DNA from: Octopus vulgaris
Lineage: Eukaryota
Reading direction: 5' to 3'
Assembly (NCBI GenBank): GCA_951406725.2
Contig: OX597825.1
Coordinates: forward strand, 39,618,001-39,682,000
Length of the DNA stretch: 64,000 nucleotides
A program made the translations under genes and the position numbers. The notes beneath the pieces are model-generated. The model searched no databases. It was not told the origin of the DNA and saw only the letters and a list, made by a program, of their open reading frames with translations. Every line of letters starts with the position of its first letter. Position 1 is the first letter of the stretch. Shown piece by piece: positions 27,248-39,350 of this stretch.

Positions 27248-28571
27248 ATCTTAATATACATGAATATAGGCATGATTGCTAAAGTGCGCATTTAATGGAC
27301 CCAGATCTGTGTGTCCTTCTTTGTTTTTAGAGATTAGAAAAGTAAAATCTGAATTCTCTCTGAAATAAATCTAAATTCAAATTTTCTCTGCCGTGTTATT
27401 GGAACGTTCAACATAGCTCTTCCAGTGAAGAATATATTGATTATTTCGGTGAGGAAATTTATGAAGCAGATGATTTCTGTAATTGAAGATTGTTATACAA
27501 ACAATAATAGAAACAGATATATGTCTCAAAGTGATTAATTCACAGAGATATTATTCATAGAGATTTGATTTTCTTGTAACATTGAATATTGGCGGAAATA
27601 TTGCCGAATGAACATGGAAATTATTGGCTCCCTGCAGTTAACTACTGACATCAGTGGCAAGCAAATTGAATATCTAACCTTACCAATCGATTGGCATTTC
27701 TGACAGAAACATGTTCGGCATTGACAAAGTTGTTTCACTAGTTTAATCCTCATCACATAATGTCTCCTACTTGAAAGCAGTGTGTTTCAGGTATGCTAAT
27801 TCCAGACAGGGTGTCAGGTATGTGACACCCTGGTTCGTTTGGAATTAATATTTACTTCTGGAAGAATAATATTCACTGGATTAATTGATACTTCATCCAA
27901 CTGATATGCAACCTCTTTTTATTTCATGAGGAAGTTCAGATTGACAAAACTTTTCATATTTATTCGTATATATTATCGAATAGATATAGTAAATACCGGA
28001 AGATATCATTGTACACATGTTTATCCATCAAAATGTGTATTTTAAACGTCAATGGAAAAACAATTGCAAACAACCATACTATACACCTATGCTGTCTGCA
28101 ACTAAAAGCATTCATTATCTATGTATATAACACTGAGAATGTGTGTGTGTGTGTGTGTGTGTGTGTCTGTCTGTGTGAATCCCTAAAACTTGAGAACTAC
28201 ACAACCAATTTCATTCAAATTTTACACATGCCTTACTTAGGCTCCATGTAGTGGCATGGGCAAAAACATTTTTAACTTCTTGCCAAGGGCGAGCCCACAG
28301 CAATATCATATCATCTCCACTATTTCAGTATTATGCGTCAAAAGTGAAAGAAAAACATCACTCTATTGTAATGTCTGATTCTTTCACTTTAATACTGAAA
28401 CTATTAATTAAAGTGAAACTATTATATAACAGGGATAAACTGTAACTGGACATCAATTCTTCTAGAAGATCCGCTATGGTCTTATATGCTACACCACTGG
28501 TTTTAAATTCATACTAATCAAATCTATATTAAATTTTTCACCCTTGTTATTTTAAATTTTAATTTACATGC

Positions 28572-28652
<81 letters not shown>

Positions 28653-28657
<5 letters not shown>

Positions 28658-28916
28658 GTGATTAAAATTTCATCAACAGCAAAAATATATGAATTGTCAA
28701 AGGGGTTATGGCCCTTATGCATAGAATATAAGTTCCAAATTTCATAAAGATCCATTCAGTACTTCTGACCTAGTTTTGGATCATGAAAGAAATTACTAAA
28801 ATTTACGAGTTAAGGAATATTATTGTTAATTAATATTCTAGAAATAGCTGTAAGACATTCTATCTATAAATGCTCTAATATCTATACAGCCTTTTTTTTT
28901 TATCTCATTACGCAAA
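28653..28916 (+). repeat. Left arm of ~265-bp inverted repeat
   Basis: Closely matches the reverse complement of 31282-31548. Confidence 0.9.
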
Positions 28917-28922
28917 AATTTC

Positions 28923-28993
<71 letters not shown>

Positions 28994-29216
28994 TCTATAT
29001 CAAGGTAGCAAAATATTCAAGAGAAATTTTTCGCAACCAGCGGTCTAGTGAGAAAGAAAAAATAGTCAACAGACAAAATATAATGTACATTCAACAATAA
29101 TATTAAGGAATGGCCTTGATAGGCCATTCAACTCACTAAAACGAGCAGCCAAACTCAAACCACTAAATAGTATTAATTCAGAATTAAAGGAAAATTAAAA
29201 ACATTTACCCTTATCA

Positions 29217-29314
29217 TCTTTGGACTATGCATAGTTTCGACGTAGATCTTGGCAAACCAGCTTAAGTAAATTAAATTAAATCAATTTACCACTGACCCGT
29301 CTCATCAGCAAAGA
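29217..29314 (-). ncRNA. Type I hammerhead ribozyme, intact core
   Basis: Minus strand reads TCTTTG-CTGATGA-GACG(55 nt)CGTC-GAAA-CTATGCATAG-TC^CAAAGA. Confidence 0.88.
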
Positions 29315-29556
29315 AGCCAGGGGGAATATATATCCCACGAGGCAACAGCATCGATGCCTCGGGAATATATACTCTAAACTTTCTAATTCTACAGTCATCA
29401 CGCCAACTTATCAGCAGCAAATAAAAACTGCCGATTTAATTTCAGAATTAGCCAAAAAATCAATAATTAATCAATATCAGGGTAGCAAAAAATTCAAGAG
29501 AGATTTTTTCGGCACCAGCGGTATAGTGAGAAACAAAAAATAGTCAACAGACTTTA

Positions 29557-30818
29557 CGAGGGGCGTTCAATAAGTAATGCCCCTGACCCACTTCCCTTAG
29601 CAGTAGAGCAACGAAACTTGGCACAGTTATTAGTCTTTCTCTGCATAGGAACCACCCAGAGTTATGCATTTCTCCCATCGTTTGATGCAGCTCTGGAGAC
29701 CATTTTTGTAGAAGACCCCAGCTTGGTCCTCCAACCACGACGTGACTTCAGAAATCAAGGCTGCATCATCTGGGAAACGCTTTCCTTTCAAAAACAACTT
29801 CATGGCTGGGAAGAGGTGAAAATCAGAGGGTGCAAGGTCAGGAGAGTAGGGGGATGGGGGAGGATTCATAGCCGCACGCCTGTGCTTCTGATCTGGCGAC
29901 ACGCGAGTTGTGAACCGGAGCGTTGTCCTGCAGGAGGAGGATGCCTTTGCTGATCTTGCCCCGCCTCTTGATTTTGATAGCTTGTCTTAATTTCCTCAAA
30001 TGTGAAGCAGAATAGGATCCTGTAATTGTGTTACCCTTTGCCAGGAAATCTGTCATTACTACTTCGTCCTGGTCCCAGAAGACTGCACCCTTGCCTTCTT
30101 TAGAGGAGGTAAGTCACGGTGCTTCCACTGCATTGACTGGGCTTTGGTCTCTGGATCAAAGTGATGGACCCAGGTTTCATCCTGTATAATCAGTCTTTTG
30201 AAAAATTTTGACTCATCTTCTTGGCACATCTCCAAATTCATCCTCCAGGACCCGACGCGTTCTTGCTTCTGGAAAGGTGTGAGCAACCTGGGAATCCATC
30301 TGGCAGACACCTTTTGCATATGCAAATGGTCGTGAATGATAGTTTACACAGACCCGGTACTAATCTTGACCTCATGAGCTATTTGGTGAATAGTTATGCG
30401 TCGATTTTCCAAAATGGCAGCCTCAACTTGACAGACAGATGCCTCATCAATGGCAGAAGGGGGCGACCAGATCTGGGAGCTGTTTCCACAGAGTTCCGAC
30501 CATGTTTGAATTCACGATGCCAGCGTTTTACAAGGTCATATGATGGAGCATCATCACCATAAGTTACTTTCATTTCATCAAAAGTCTCCAGTTGTGTGCG
30601 TCCTTTCAAATACAAAAACCGGATCACTGCCCGACACTGAACAGGCTCCATTTCACACTTGACTCATTTCAAATACCTGTAAATCAAAAACCACAATTAG
30701 TTTAGAACTGTAATTTGCTACTTCATCTATAGAGATATAAATATTTGCACATGCAAAATTTCAACTAGATCAAACAAATGCAAGTGGGTCAGAGGCATTA
30801 CTTATTGAACGTCCCTCG
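29557..30818 (-). mobile_element. Full-length mariner transposon (1262 bp), frameshifted DD34D transposase
   Basis: TIRs cgaggggcgttcaataagtaatgcccctgacccactt / aagtgggtcagaggcattacttattgaacgtccctcg with TA on both sides. Motifs WIPRLL, QDETW, LQDNAP and YSPDLAPSDFHLF lie across ORFs from 30651 to 29630. Confidence 0.95.
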
Positions 30819-30957
30819 TATAATGTACATTCAACAATAATATTAAGAAATGGCCTTGATAGGCCATTCGACTCACTAAAACGAGCAGCCAAACTCAAAC
30901 CGCTAAATAGCATTAATTCAGAAACTAAAGGAAAATTAAAAACATTTACCCTTATCA

Positions 30958-31064
30958 TCTTTGGATTATGCATAGTTTCGACGTACATTTGGCAAACCAG
31001 CTTAAGTAAATTAAATTAAATTTAATTAAATCAATTTACCACTGGCCCGTCTCATCGGCAAAGA
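30958..31064 (-). ncRNA. Hammerhead motif, probably inactivated
   Basis: TCTTTG-CCGATGA-GACG...CGTC-GAAA-CTATGCATAA-TC-CAAAGA; U4>C and G16.2>A relative to 29217-29314. Confidence 0.75.
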
Positions 31065-31202
31065 AGCCAGGGGGAATATATATTTTCCACGAGGCAACAG
31101 CATCGATGCCTCGGCAATACATACTCTAAACTTTCAAAATCTACCGTCATCGCGCCAACTTATCAGCAGCAAATATAAACTGCCGATTTAATTTCAGAAT
31201 TA

Positions 31203-31271
<69 letters not shown>

Positions 31272-31281
31272 ATATGATATG

Positions 31282-31548
31282 TTTGCGTAATGAGATAAAA
31301 AAAACCAAGGCTGTATAGATATTAGACCATTTATAGATAGAATGTCTTACAGCTATTTCTAGAATATTTTATTAACAATAATATCCCTTAACTCGTAAAT
31401 TTTAGTAATTTCTTTCATGATCCAAAACTAGATCAGAAGTACTGAATGGATCTTTATAAAATTTGGAATTTATATTCTATGCATAAGGGCCATAACCCCT
31501 ATGACAATTCATATATTTTTGCTGTTGATGAAATTTTAATCACAGATA
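31282..31548 (-). repeat. Right arm of ~265-bp inverted repeat
   Basis: Reverse complement of 28653-28916. Confidence 0.9.
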
Positions 31549-33252
31549 ATAGACACAATAAAGTAATATTTATAAAATTTCATCTTCTCATTAGTTAGAA
31601 AGACCCCTCCATGGTGACTTAATGCCCACAATTTTTCTTCATTTTATATAAGGAAAGACGAATACAGTTGTACTCTTGGAAGCTGTACGGTTACCCGATC
31701 ATAAAATATGAGCATTATTTTGTAATTCAATGGCAAAACAGCATAACGCTTTGCTTTGACATAATGTGGTGCATAAATTGTCAAATAAATGAGAGGCATC
31801 TTTGCCTCCACTGATTCAGTTGCAAAGGGTTGAGTAAAGTTGTTTGATTATAGACCTCCTTTCAGTCTTTTTATTATTACTGGGTCACACATAGTCCCCA
31901 CATGGTAACATTGATTTCAAGACCTTCCCAGGTGAGTGACTGGTTATTCAAAGACATTTATAGATTGTAAATTTATTCTGTCCAGTTACGTATCAGTATT
32001 GTGGTCATTTGCAAACTCCAGAGGTGACAATTTCATTTGTCCTTAGCACTTATGTCACACAGTTGTTAATGTTTATTTCAGTTGGGTCGTGCCCTTCCAA
32101 TTGCTATAGAATCGTAATGCATCTTACTTCTGTGCCAGTCACTTAGATGGTGAGGAATCTTACATTGGGAGTGGCAACGACTAGGGTAAGGTAGCTGACT
32201 GCTTATTGTGATCATTCCTCCTTTGGTTTGCTGTAGCTTTGCTCTATTTTCCAAACCCAGTGAACATGTATTTCCCATTTCAAAGAAATTCAAACAATAG
32301 ATATAAAACCCAAGTTAAAAAGATTCTCAACAATTCAACATCTCTGATTGACATTAAGACACCCACACCCAACAGGGGCCTTAACTCTCACATTTTAGAT
32401 CTCCATGACCTTCATTTCTCAGGTGCAAAATCCTTTTAACAGGTTCAATAATAAGACTGGAATTTTGGAGTATGCATATAAAAATCAGTAGTATAGGATA
32501 CATGTGACACGATTACAATTTTTTTATGGTGTGTAAAGAGGGAAATAACGCTCATCTGCAATTTTGATGAAATCCGAAACATAGATATTCCAGTTCATTA
32601 CAGAAAATATAACAGAAAAGTCTAATTCCTCAATTGAATGTAACACTGGCAACGCCGGCCAACTCTGCTAGTATTTCATAAAATGCCCATTTAGAGGAGA
32701 ATTTTTCTTCTATTTGATTTACAGAAAAGTGCGCTAATACCGTAAATTTTTCATTACTTCGTTAGAGATATTGGAATTACTTTTTTGAAGTAATGATACG
32801 CAAATTCATTATAAACATACATCCAAACGGACTACAATACGATGATAGCAAGGATAAGAACAAAAATAAACTCCGCATCACAAGTGAGTATGTTGCAGCT
32901 AATTCCAAACAGGAGGTATGACGTAAATATTAATAGACAGCATGGTATCTTCACCTATAATCCATTAATATTACAGTACATTGCAGCAATTGGTTATAAT
33001 TAAACAAAATATATTTTGACATCAGTCATAATATATATCGCAGATTCATCCAGCAATTCACTGATACATCAAGCACAAGGGAAAATATATGTTTGTGAGT
33101 GATATAGAAATGCATACTCACTAAATTATATTAATGTAAATATATATACATACATGTATACATACATATACATATATATATACATATATATACATACAAA
33201 CGTACACATACGTATACCAACATACATATATGTGTATATATATATACATACA

Positions 33253-33321
<69 letters not shown>

Positions 33322-33337
33322 AAACCTCGCTTTTTTT

Positions 33338-33406
33338 AATCACCTGAAGATTCACTGTAACTCGAATTATTACGAATTGGACAGCCATGAAACGATCGTT
33401 GTGTTA
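33338..33406 (+). ncRNA. Degenerate hammerhead motif
   Basis: ATCAC-CTGAAGA-ttcactgt...acagccat-GAAA-CGATCG-TT^GTGTT has palindromic helix III ACGATCGT and an imperfect helix II. It is in a ~120-bp insert between (TA)n tracts. Confidence 0.55.
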
Positions 33407-33530
33407 TACTCATTATCTTTTTTTAATAATTATGATATATATGTAAAATAATATAAATTAATTAATCTTATGTATTGGCTTAAGTTTTGCATTGTATGAT
33501 TTGCCTAGTAGTGGTTTTATCTCTAATTTA

Positions 33531-33572
<42 letters not shown>

Positions 33573-33849
33573 GGCATACACATGTGTATAGACATGCACA
33601 TTGACTCACACACATACGCACAAACAGGCAAAATGAGGACAGCTCTCATAACTGACAGAGTCAACAACTGTTGAGGAGGTAGCAAGACGCAACGAAAATT
33701 TTAGTAGAAATTAAATAAATGAGCATAAATCAAACCGCTAAGTGTGCTTAGTTATGAGGCAATAAAAGAGAATGACTCTCCCCAGACAATAATATATATA
33801 TATATATACATATACATCTATATGTATATAGATATATATGTTTATATAG

Positions 33850-35400
33850 GGAATGTTAACAAAAACAAGACGCAGACATGTGGTGTAGACAACGAAAAAT
33901 GTATTAGTTTAACGCTCGGGAATTGAAAAGGTCTTTAATGTTTCGAGCCGACGCTCTTCCACAGAATGGAACACAGAAAGAAACAGGTAAATAAAATAAA
34001 GAATGGGTAGTGGCTAGCGATCTCCCATGGTGAATGGTTGACAGAGGGGTCGCACAGGAGAGCTAGGAAGAGGGGGAGATAATAAAGTGGTGGAGATCAC
34101 AATACGAAGGCCGGCGTGTGTGTATATAACAGCATGTATGTGCCTGTGGAAGAGGACTGGTGATCTTGACGTGTGCGTGTGTGCATGTGTATTTGTGTGG
34201 GCGCTGGTGTGGGGCTAAGAAGTGGTCAGTGCTAGTGTGTACGTGGTGCTGATGTAAAGTGGTATTGTGTGAGATGGTGGTGAGTGGTGTGGTGGTGTAT
34301 GGTGTGTGGTGTTGTTAGGACGTGGGGGACTTAAGTGAAGGGAAAGCAAGGGTGGGGTGTAGTTTAGGCTGAGGGTGGGGTATATGGGAGTTGGTGTAAT
34401 GGATGGATAGGGAAGTTGGGGTTGGATTGTGTAGGGGTGATGTTACAATGGAGGGGTGAAAATGAAAGAAGAGTGGAATGGGAGAAGGTGAGTAGGAGTG
34501 AAGAGAAGAGAGAAGGAGGGCAGGAGTGAAGAGAAGATGTTGGAGTCGGAGCAAGTGAGGAGAGGTGGGTGGGAGGAAGTATATGTGAGAGGAAAAGAGG
34601 AGAGGGGAGGAGAGTTAGATGAAGCGGGGAGGAGAGTTGAGCCCATGTGGGGCAAAAGAGCGAAGATAGAAAACTAATCTCCGTTCACAGCTAAGACGGG
34701 ATTACAGATGACCCCTGTGCAAGAATAATCCGAACACAGACAAGTGTTGCAAAGAAAGACCAGTAGAGCGGAAGTGGCGTGAGACCGTGGTGCCATTGCC
34801 GAGTCGGGTGCCTCGTAGGTGTTCTGCGAATCGGTTAGCCAAGCTGCGTCCCGTTTGCCCGATATATAGAGAAGGGCAGAGAGAGCGCGAGATGCAGTAG
34901 ATGACATTGCTAGGAGTGCAGGTGAAGCAGTTGGTTATATGATAGGTTCGATGATAGGTGCCGGTGAGGAGAGTGGTATTGGAGAGGTAAGGACAAGTGC
35001 AGCAGCGTGGGCGGGAGCAGGGGAACGAGCCGGGTTGGGAGATTAGGTTAGGGAAGAGACTGTGGACCAAGAGGTCTTGTAGGTTGTGGGCACGTTTGAA
35101 GGAGGGGAGGGTCCAGTTAGGGAAGATGTGCAAAGTGGAGCGGTCGAACTGGAGTCGCCAGAAGGCTCGAAGAATGGTGCGTTGGGAGATGAGGAGAAAC
35201 GGGAGGCGGGGGATGTCGCGGTGGGTGCGGTGGCAAGGGCTGATGCACGGTCCACGGAAGTGCTCTAGCAAAGGCGGTGTGAATAGTGGTGAGGGGGATA
35301 GCCATGTAGGATGAAGCGGTGAAGTTATGAACAGATAGAAGAGACGGGCTATAATTACTTGGAGATTGTGGTGAATAAGAAAGAAAGAACATGCATGATT
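33850..35400 (-). mobile_element. Penelope-like element 3' fragment (GIY-YIG)
   Basis: ORF 34702-35457 reads FKRAHNLQDLLVHS, CSRPRCCTC, NVIYCIS..LCPSLYIGQTGRSLANRFAEH. A long pyrimidine-rich 3' region follows on the minus strand. Confidence 0.88.
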
Positions 35401-35454
35401 ACCGACATAGCATGCCCCGATGACAACAGGATCAATGTGTAAGATGAAAAAAAA

Positions 35455-36012
<558 letters not shown>

Positions 36013-37330
36013 AGCTGTTTAACTCAGCTCCTACAACACTATGACTGGGTGCTGAAACGACTGCTCAACCACTCAAATGTGGAAGTCATATATCTCGACT
36101 TTGCAAAGTCCTTTGATAAAGTCGACCATGGAATGATATGTCACAAACTGAATGATCTTGGCATAGTTGGAAAATTGGGAGAATGGCTTCATGACTTTCT
36201 GAAGGATAGAAGTCAGGTGGTAGTAGCCACTTCCATTAACACGCAAATAGTGAGCGGTGTTCCACAATGCACTGTTTTGGGACCACTACTGTTCATAATG
36301 GCCCTCTCAGACATGCCCTCAGCCATGCAGAGAGCCACGATCACAAGTTATGCAGATAATACAAAAGTTTCACAGGCAGTACAGAACCCTGAAGACACTA
36401 TGCACCTGCAATGTGAGCTGGACGAAATATACAAATGGGCTGAAAAGAATAGCATGCAGTTCAATGCTGAAAAGTTTCAAGCTTTATGCATGCAAAACTA
36501 AATGCAATACCCAATAAATACACTGGACCTGGACGGATTGCACTCCCAGAGGCACAATCAGTGCGAGACCTGGATATTTACATTAGTGATGATGCAACCT
36601 TTCATGTGCATGTTTCTAAATTGGCAATGAAATGTAGGCGGCTGACCGGATGAATTCTTAGAACCTTTAGAACAAGAGACCAGGAAACCATAATGGTTCT
36701 CCTAAGCCACTTTGACTATTGCTCTCAGCTATGGTCAACATCCAGGGTCAAGTTAATCACAGAACTTGAGGCGATCCAACGAAGCTACACGAAGAAGATA
36801 GCCTCTGTGCAGCATATAAGCTATTGGGAAAGACTCAAGAGATTGAGACTCTATTCCTTAGAGCGTAGGCGAGAAAGATATGCCATAATATACATCTGGA
36901 AATCCTAGAAGGACTTACCCCAAACTTTGGCATCGAGAATTACACGAATGTCAGAAATGGACGCCACTGCACAGTGTCAAGGACTCCAAATTTGCAATCA
37001 AGTTGTAGGACACGATACTGTGATAGCCGTGGCTTCCGGGGCCCACAGCTCATCAATATCCTCCCGAAGAACCTGAGAGACCTATATGGAGTGGGTGCAG
37101 ATGTCTTTAAAATAAAACTCGATCTCTTCTTGTCAGGTGTCCCAGATGAACCCACTTCACGTCAGGAGGTGCAGATGAGGGTAGCTGCATCGAACTCTCT
37201 CACGCACCAAATGGCAATTGCTAAAAAGCATTCGTGAAGTAAAGTCATGTAGCAACACCAAATGGCGGTGCCCCAGCATGGCCACAGCTCGTTAGCTGAA
37301 TCTAGATTAAAATAAAAATAAAATAAATTA
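36013..37330 (+). mobile_element. CR1/L2-group LINE, 5'-truncated RT and 3' tail
   Basis: Motifs SCLTQLL, IYLDFAKSFDKVDH, SGVPQCTVLGPLLF, YADNTK, DYCSQLW and LYSLERRRER. The 3' tail ggcggtgccccagcatggccacag is followed by (TAAAA)n. Confidence 0.9.
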
Positions 37331-37360
37331 ATCATAAGAATAATAATAATAATAATAACG

Positions 37361-37482
37361 AGAAGAAGAAGAAGAAGAAGAAGAAGAAGAAGAAGAAGAA
37401 GAAGAAGAAGAAGAAGAAGAAGAAGAAGAAGAAGAAGAAGAAGAAGAAGAAGAAGAAGAAGAAGAAGCAGAAGCAGCAGCAG
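37361..37482. repeat. (GAA)n microsatellite
   Basis: Directly visible. Confidence 0.95.
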
Positions 37483-37484
37483 CG

Positions 37485-39350
37485 TGTCAAAGTATCCACC
37501 AGACATCAGATGGTAATATACACTGCTGGTTCCAACGCGTATCTTATTCTCTCTTGCTTGCCCCATTTTTCCATTTTGCCAGAAATCTCTTGACTGAAAT
37601 GTCTTCCCGTTTCCGTAGACGCCTTCTATATAAATGTTTTCCGATTTCTTTAATATCAGTCTGTATCTACATGGATCGCTGATGCTTTCTGTAAATTTGC
37701 AACATGTTCAACCTAGCAGATCTTGTACTTTCTGTTTTCTGTCGTCACATTGTTCACTCCACTCCACTCCATTCCACTCTCGAACTGTCTCATATAAAAT
37801 ATACTTTTGTAATGATATTCCTACCATGGGTCTTCCCATGGCCCTTTGTGCCGTAGCCAATTTATGTCATTTCCATTTCAGAGTAACTCATGTCTCACAT
37901 ACGTATAAAAGTGCTGGTAGGCGGGTGCTACTGATGATTCTGTCCCGTGTGGCATAATCTAGCTTTGCATTGAGGTCAATATTAGTTAAACACCTTCCGT
38001 TTTGCCCTTATTCTGTTTGAGATTTCAGCTTCTATATTTCGATGCACATTTACTGAGTGCCCTAAGTAGTCGTATTCATCTATTTGGCTTGTATTACCTC
38101 TCCGACAGTGTATATTTTGGTTTCATAAGGTTCCTTTTATGCTATGAGTGTCCAGCCGCGTCAACAGGACGTGTGACTGGTCTGTGGTTTCAGCAATGTG
38201 CACAATGTCATCTACAAATCGCAAGAGAGTTAGTTACTCGCTATTGGCATACACGCCACCTATCCTCACAATGTCCTGATGACCAATACAAGTCATTCTG
38301 TAATGAAATTCGGAAAGATGGTATTTCCTTGCTTGACACAGTTCTCAGTTGCGATCATTACTGGTTGTGATGGCAAGGCTATGTTATTCACTTAGCGTTT
38401 GATGCATTGAACCGCGATACCACCTTGCTTTTCCAGAGAATTTAACACTGCGTTTATCTTGACGCGATCGAAAGCCTTTTTAAAGTAAAAAAAATTGATT
38501 CACAAAGGATGCCGGTATTCGTTCACTTGTTGTATGAAGTGTGTAAGGTTGATTACGTAACGCCGTACTGTTGTTCTTACGGAAACATACTTGCTCTGTC
38601 GCCTGTTGGTCGATGGGGTGTATCGACCTTTATGAACATCTTGTAGAAGTGAGAGAAAATGTAAATCGCGTGACAGTTTTTAAATGTTCTTTACTGCCCT
38701 TCTTTTGTAGCAAGATGTAATTCCACTCTTTCTTCAGTGAGAGTAATGTAATATCTGTTAGATAGCAATCGAAGCGTTGAGCAAGGATACTCCACAGTTT
38801 TTCACCTTGGAATCAAGTAATAATATTGATGAGGACTAGAATTTCCTGGTCAAAATATTAAAAGATGCATATGGAAAGCAAAAACTGCAAAACCAATGAT
38901 GCACTGGTGGAATAACCTCAGAGAAGAGGAAAATGTTTGACGAAAAGAAAAGTAGGTAGAGGAACATAAAAATCACCTCGTGTACTTAGCTCTGAGTAAA
39001 TTAGGAAAGCCACATCTATGAAATGACTTCCCGAAACATGGACCGACTGAAGAAACTAATGCAGGCTACAGAGGAAATGTTTAAAATGATTAAGGAGAGG
39101 GATGACTATTTAAAGTTCGGAAATGACTCCAATTAAAAAGAGGCAAAGGGGAAATGGAGAAAGTGTGCAAAATCTTCTGCTCTAAACGTTTTAAAATCAT
39201 CAGTGAATTACGATCATCCACCGACAGTAATGTTGGAAGAGGGGGGGCACCTGTTCCTATCAGTGGAATCAAAAATTAATAGAAACTGGTGCCAACAGAC
39301 AAATCTCTAGGGGGAAAATGGCATCATAACTGAAATATTAATGGGTGGAA
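37485..39350 (-). mobile_element. Degenerate RTE-clade LINE with inverted 5' segment
   Basis: Minus strand 37490-38810 has FKKAFD, RFVDDI and KLATAQRAM remnants. Plus strand 38850-39350 ends in a KS.GENGIITEILMGG-like pre-RT motif. Confidence 0.65.

Larger units (their letters stand above)
28991..31205 (-). mobile_element. Tandem dimer of a 477-bp non-coding hammerhead-bearing repeat (retrozyme-like), interrupted by a mariner
   Basis: Unit 1 is ~28991-29467. Unit 2 is 29468-29556 plus 30821-31205. There is one HHR per unit, (TA)n on both sides, and a homolog at 51595-52262. Confidence 0.8.
28118..32671 (+). mobile_element. Non-autonomous Helitron-like element containing nested insertions
   Basis: The 5' end is A|TC (tctatgtatataacactgag, then a (TG)n tract). 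The 3' end has the hairpin ctggc-aac-gccgg (32646-32658) and CTAG|T at 32668-32671. That the two ends belong to one element is inferred. Confidence 0.55.

Noticed and set aside
26300-28000. Host exons in moderately complex sequence
   Set aside because: No sustained ORF, recognisable domain or convincing splice pair; unresolved without homology or RNA data.
31550-32640. Helitron Rep/helicase coding remnant
   Set aside because: No Rep or PIF1 helicase motif could be recognised by eye.
33925-33970. Possible hammerhead at the end of the Penelope fragment (minus: CTGTGGAA-GAGC gtcg GCTC-GAAA-CATT)
   Set aside because: Helix II and GAAA are good, but the core deviates from CUGANGA and helices I and III do not pair in this copy. 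It needs a family consensus.
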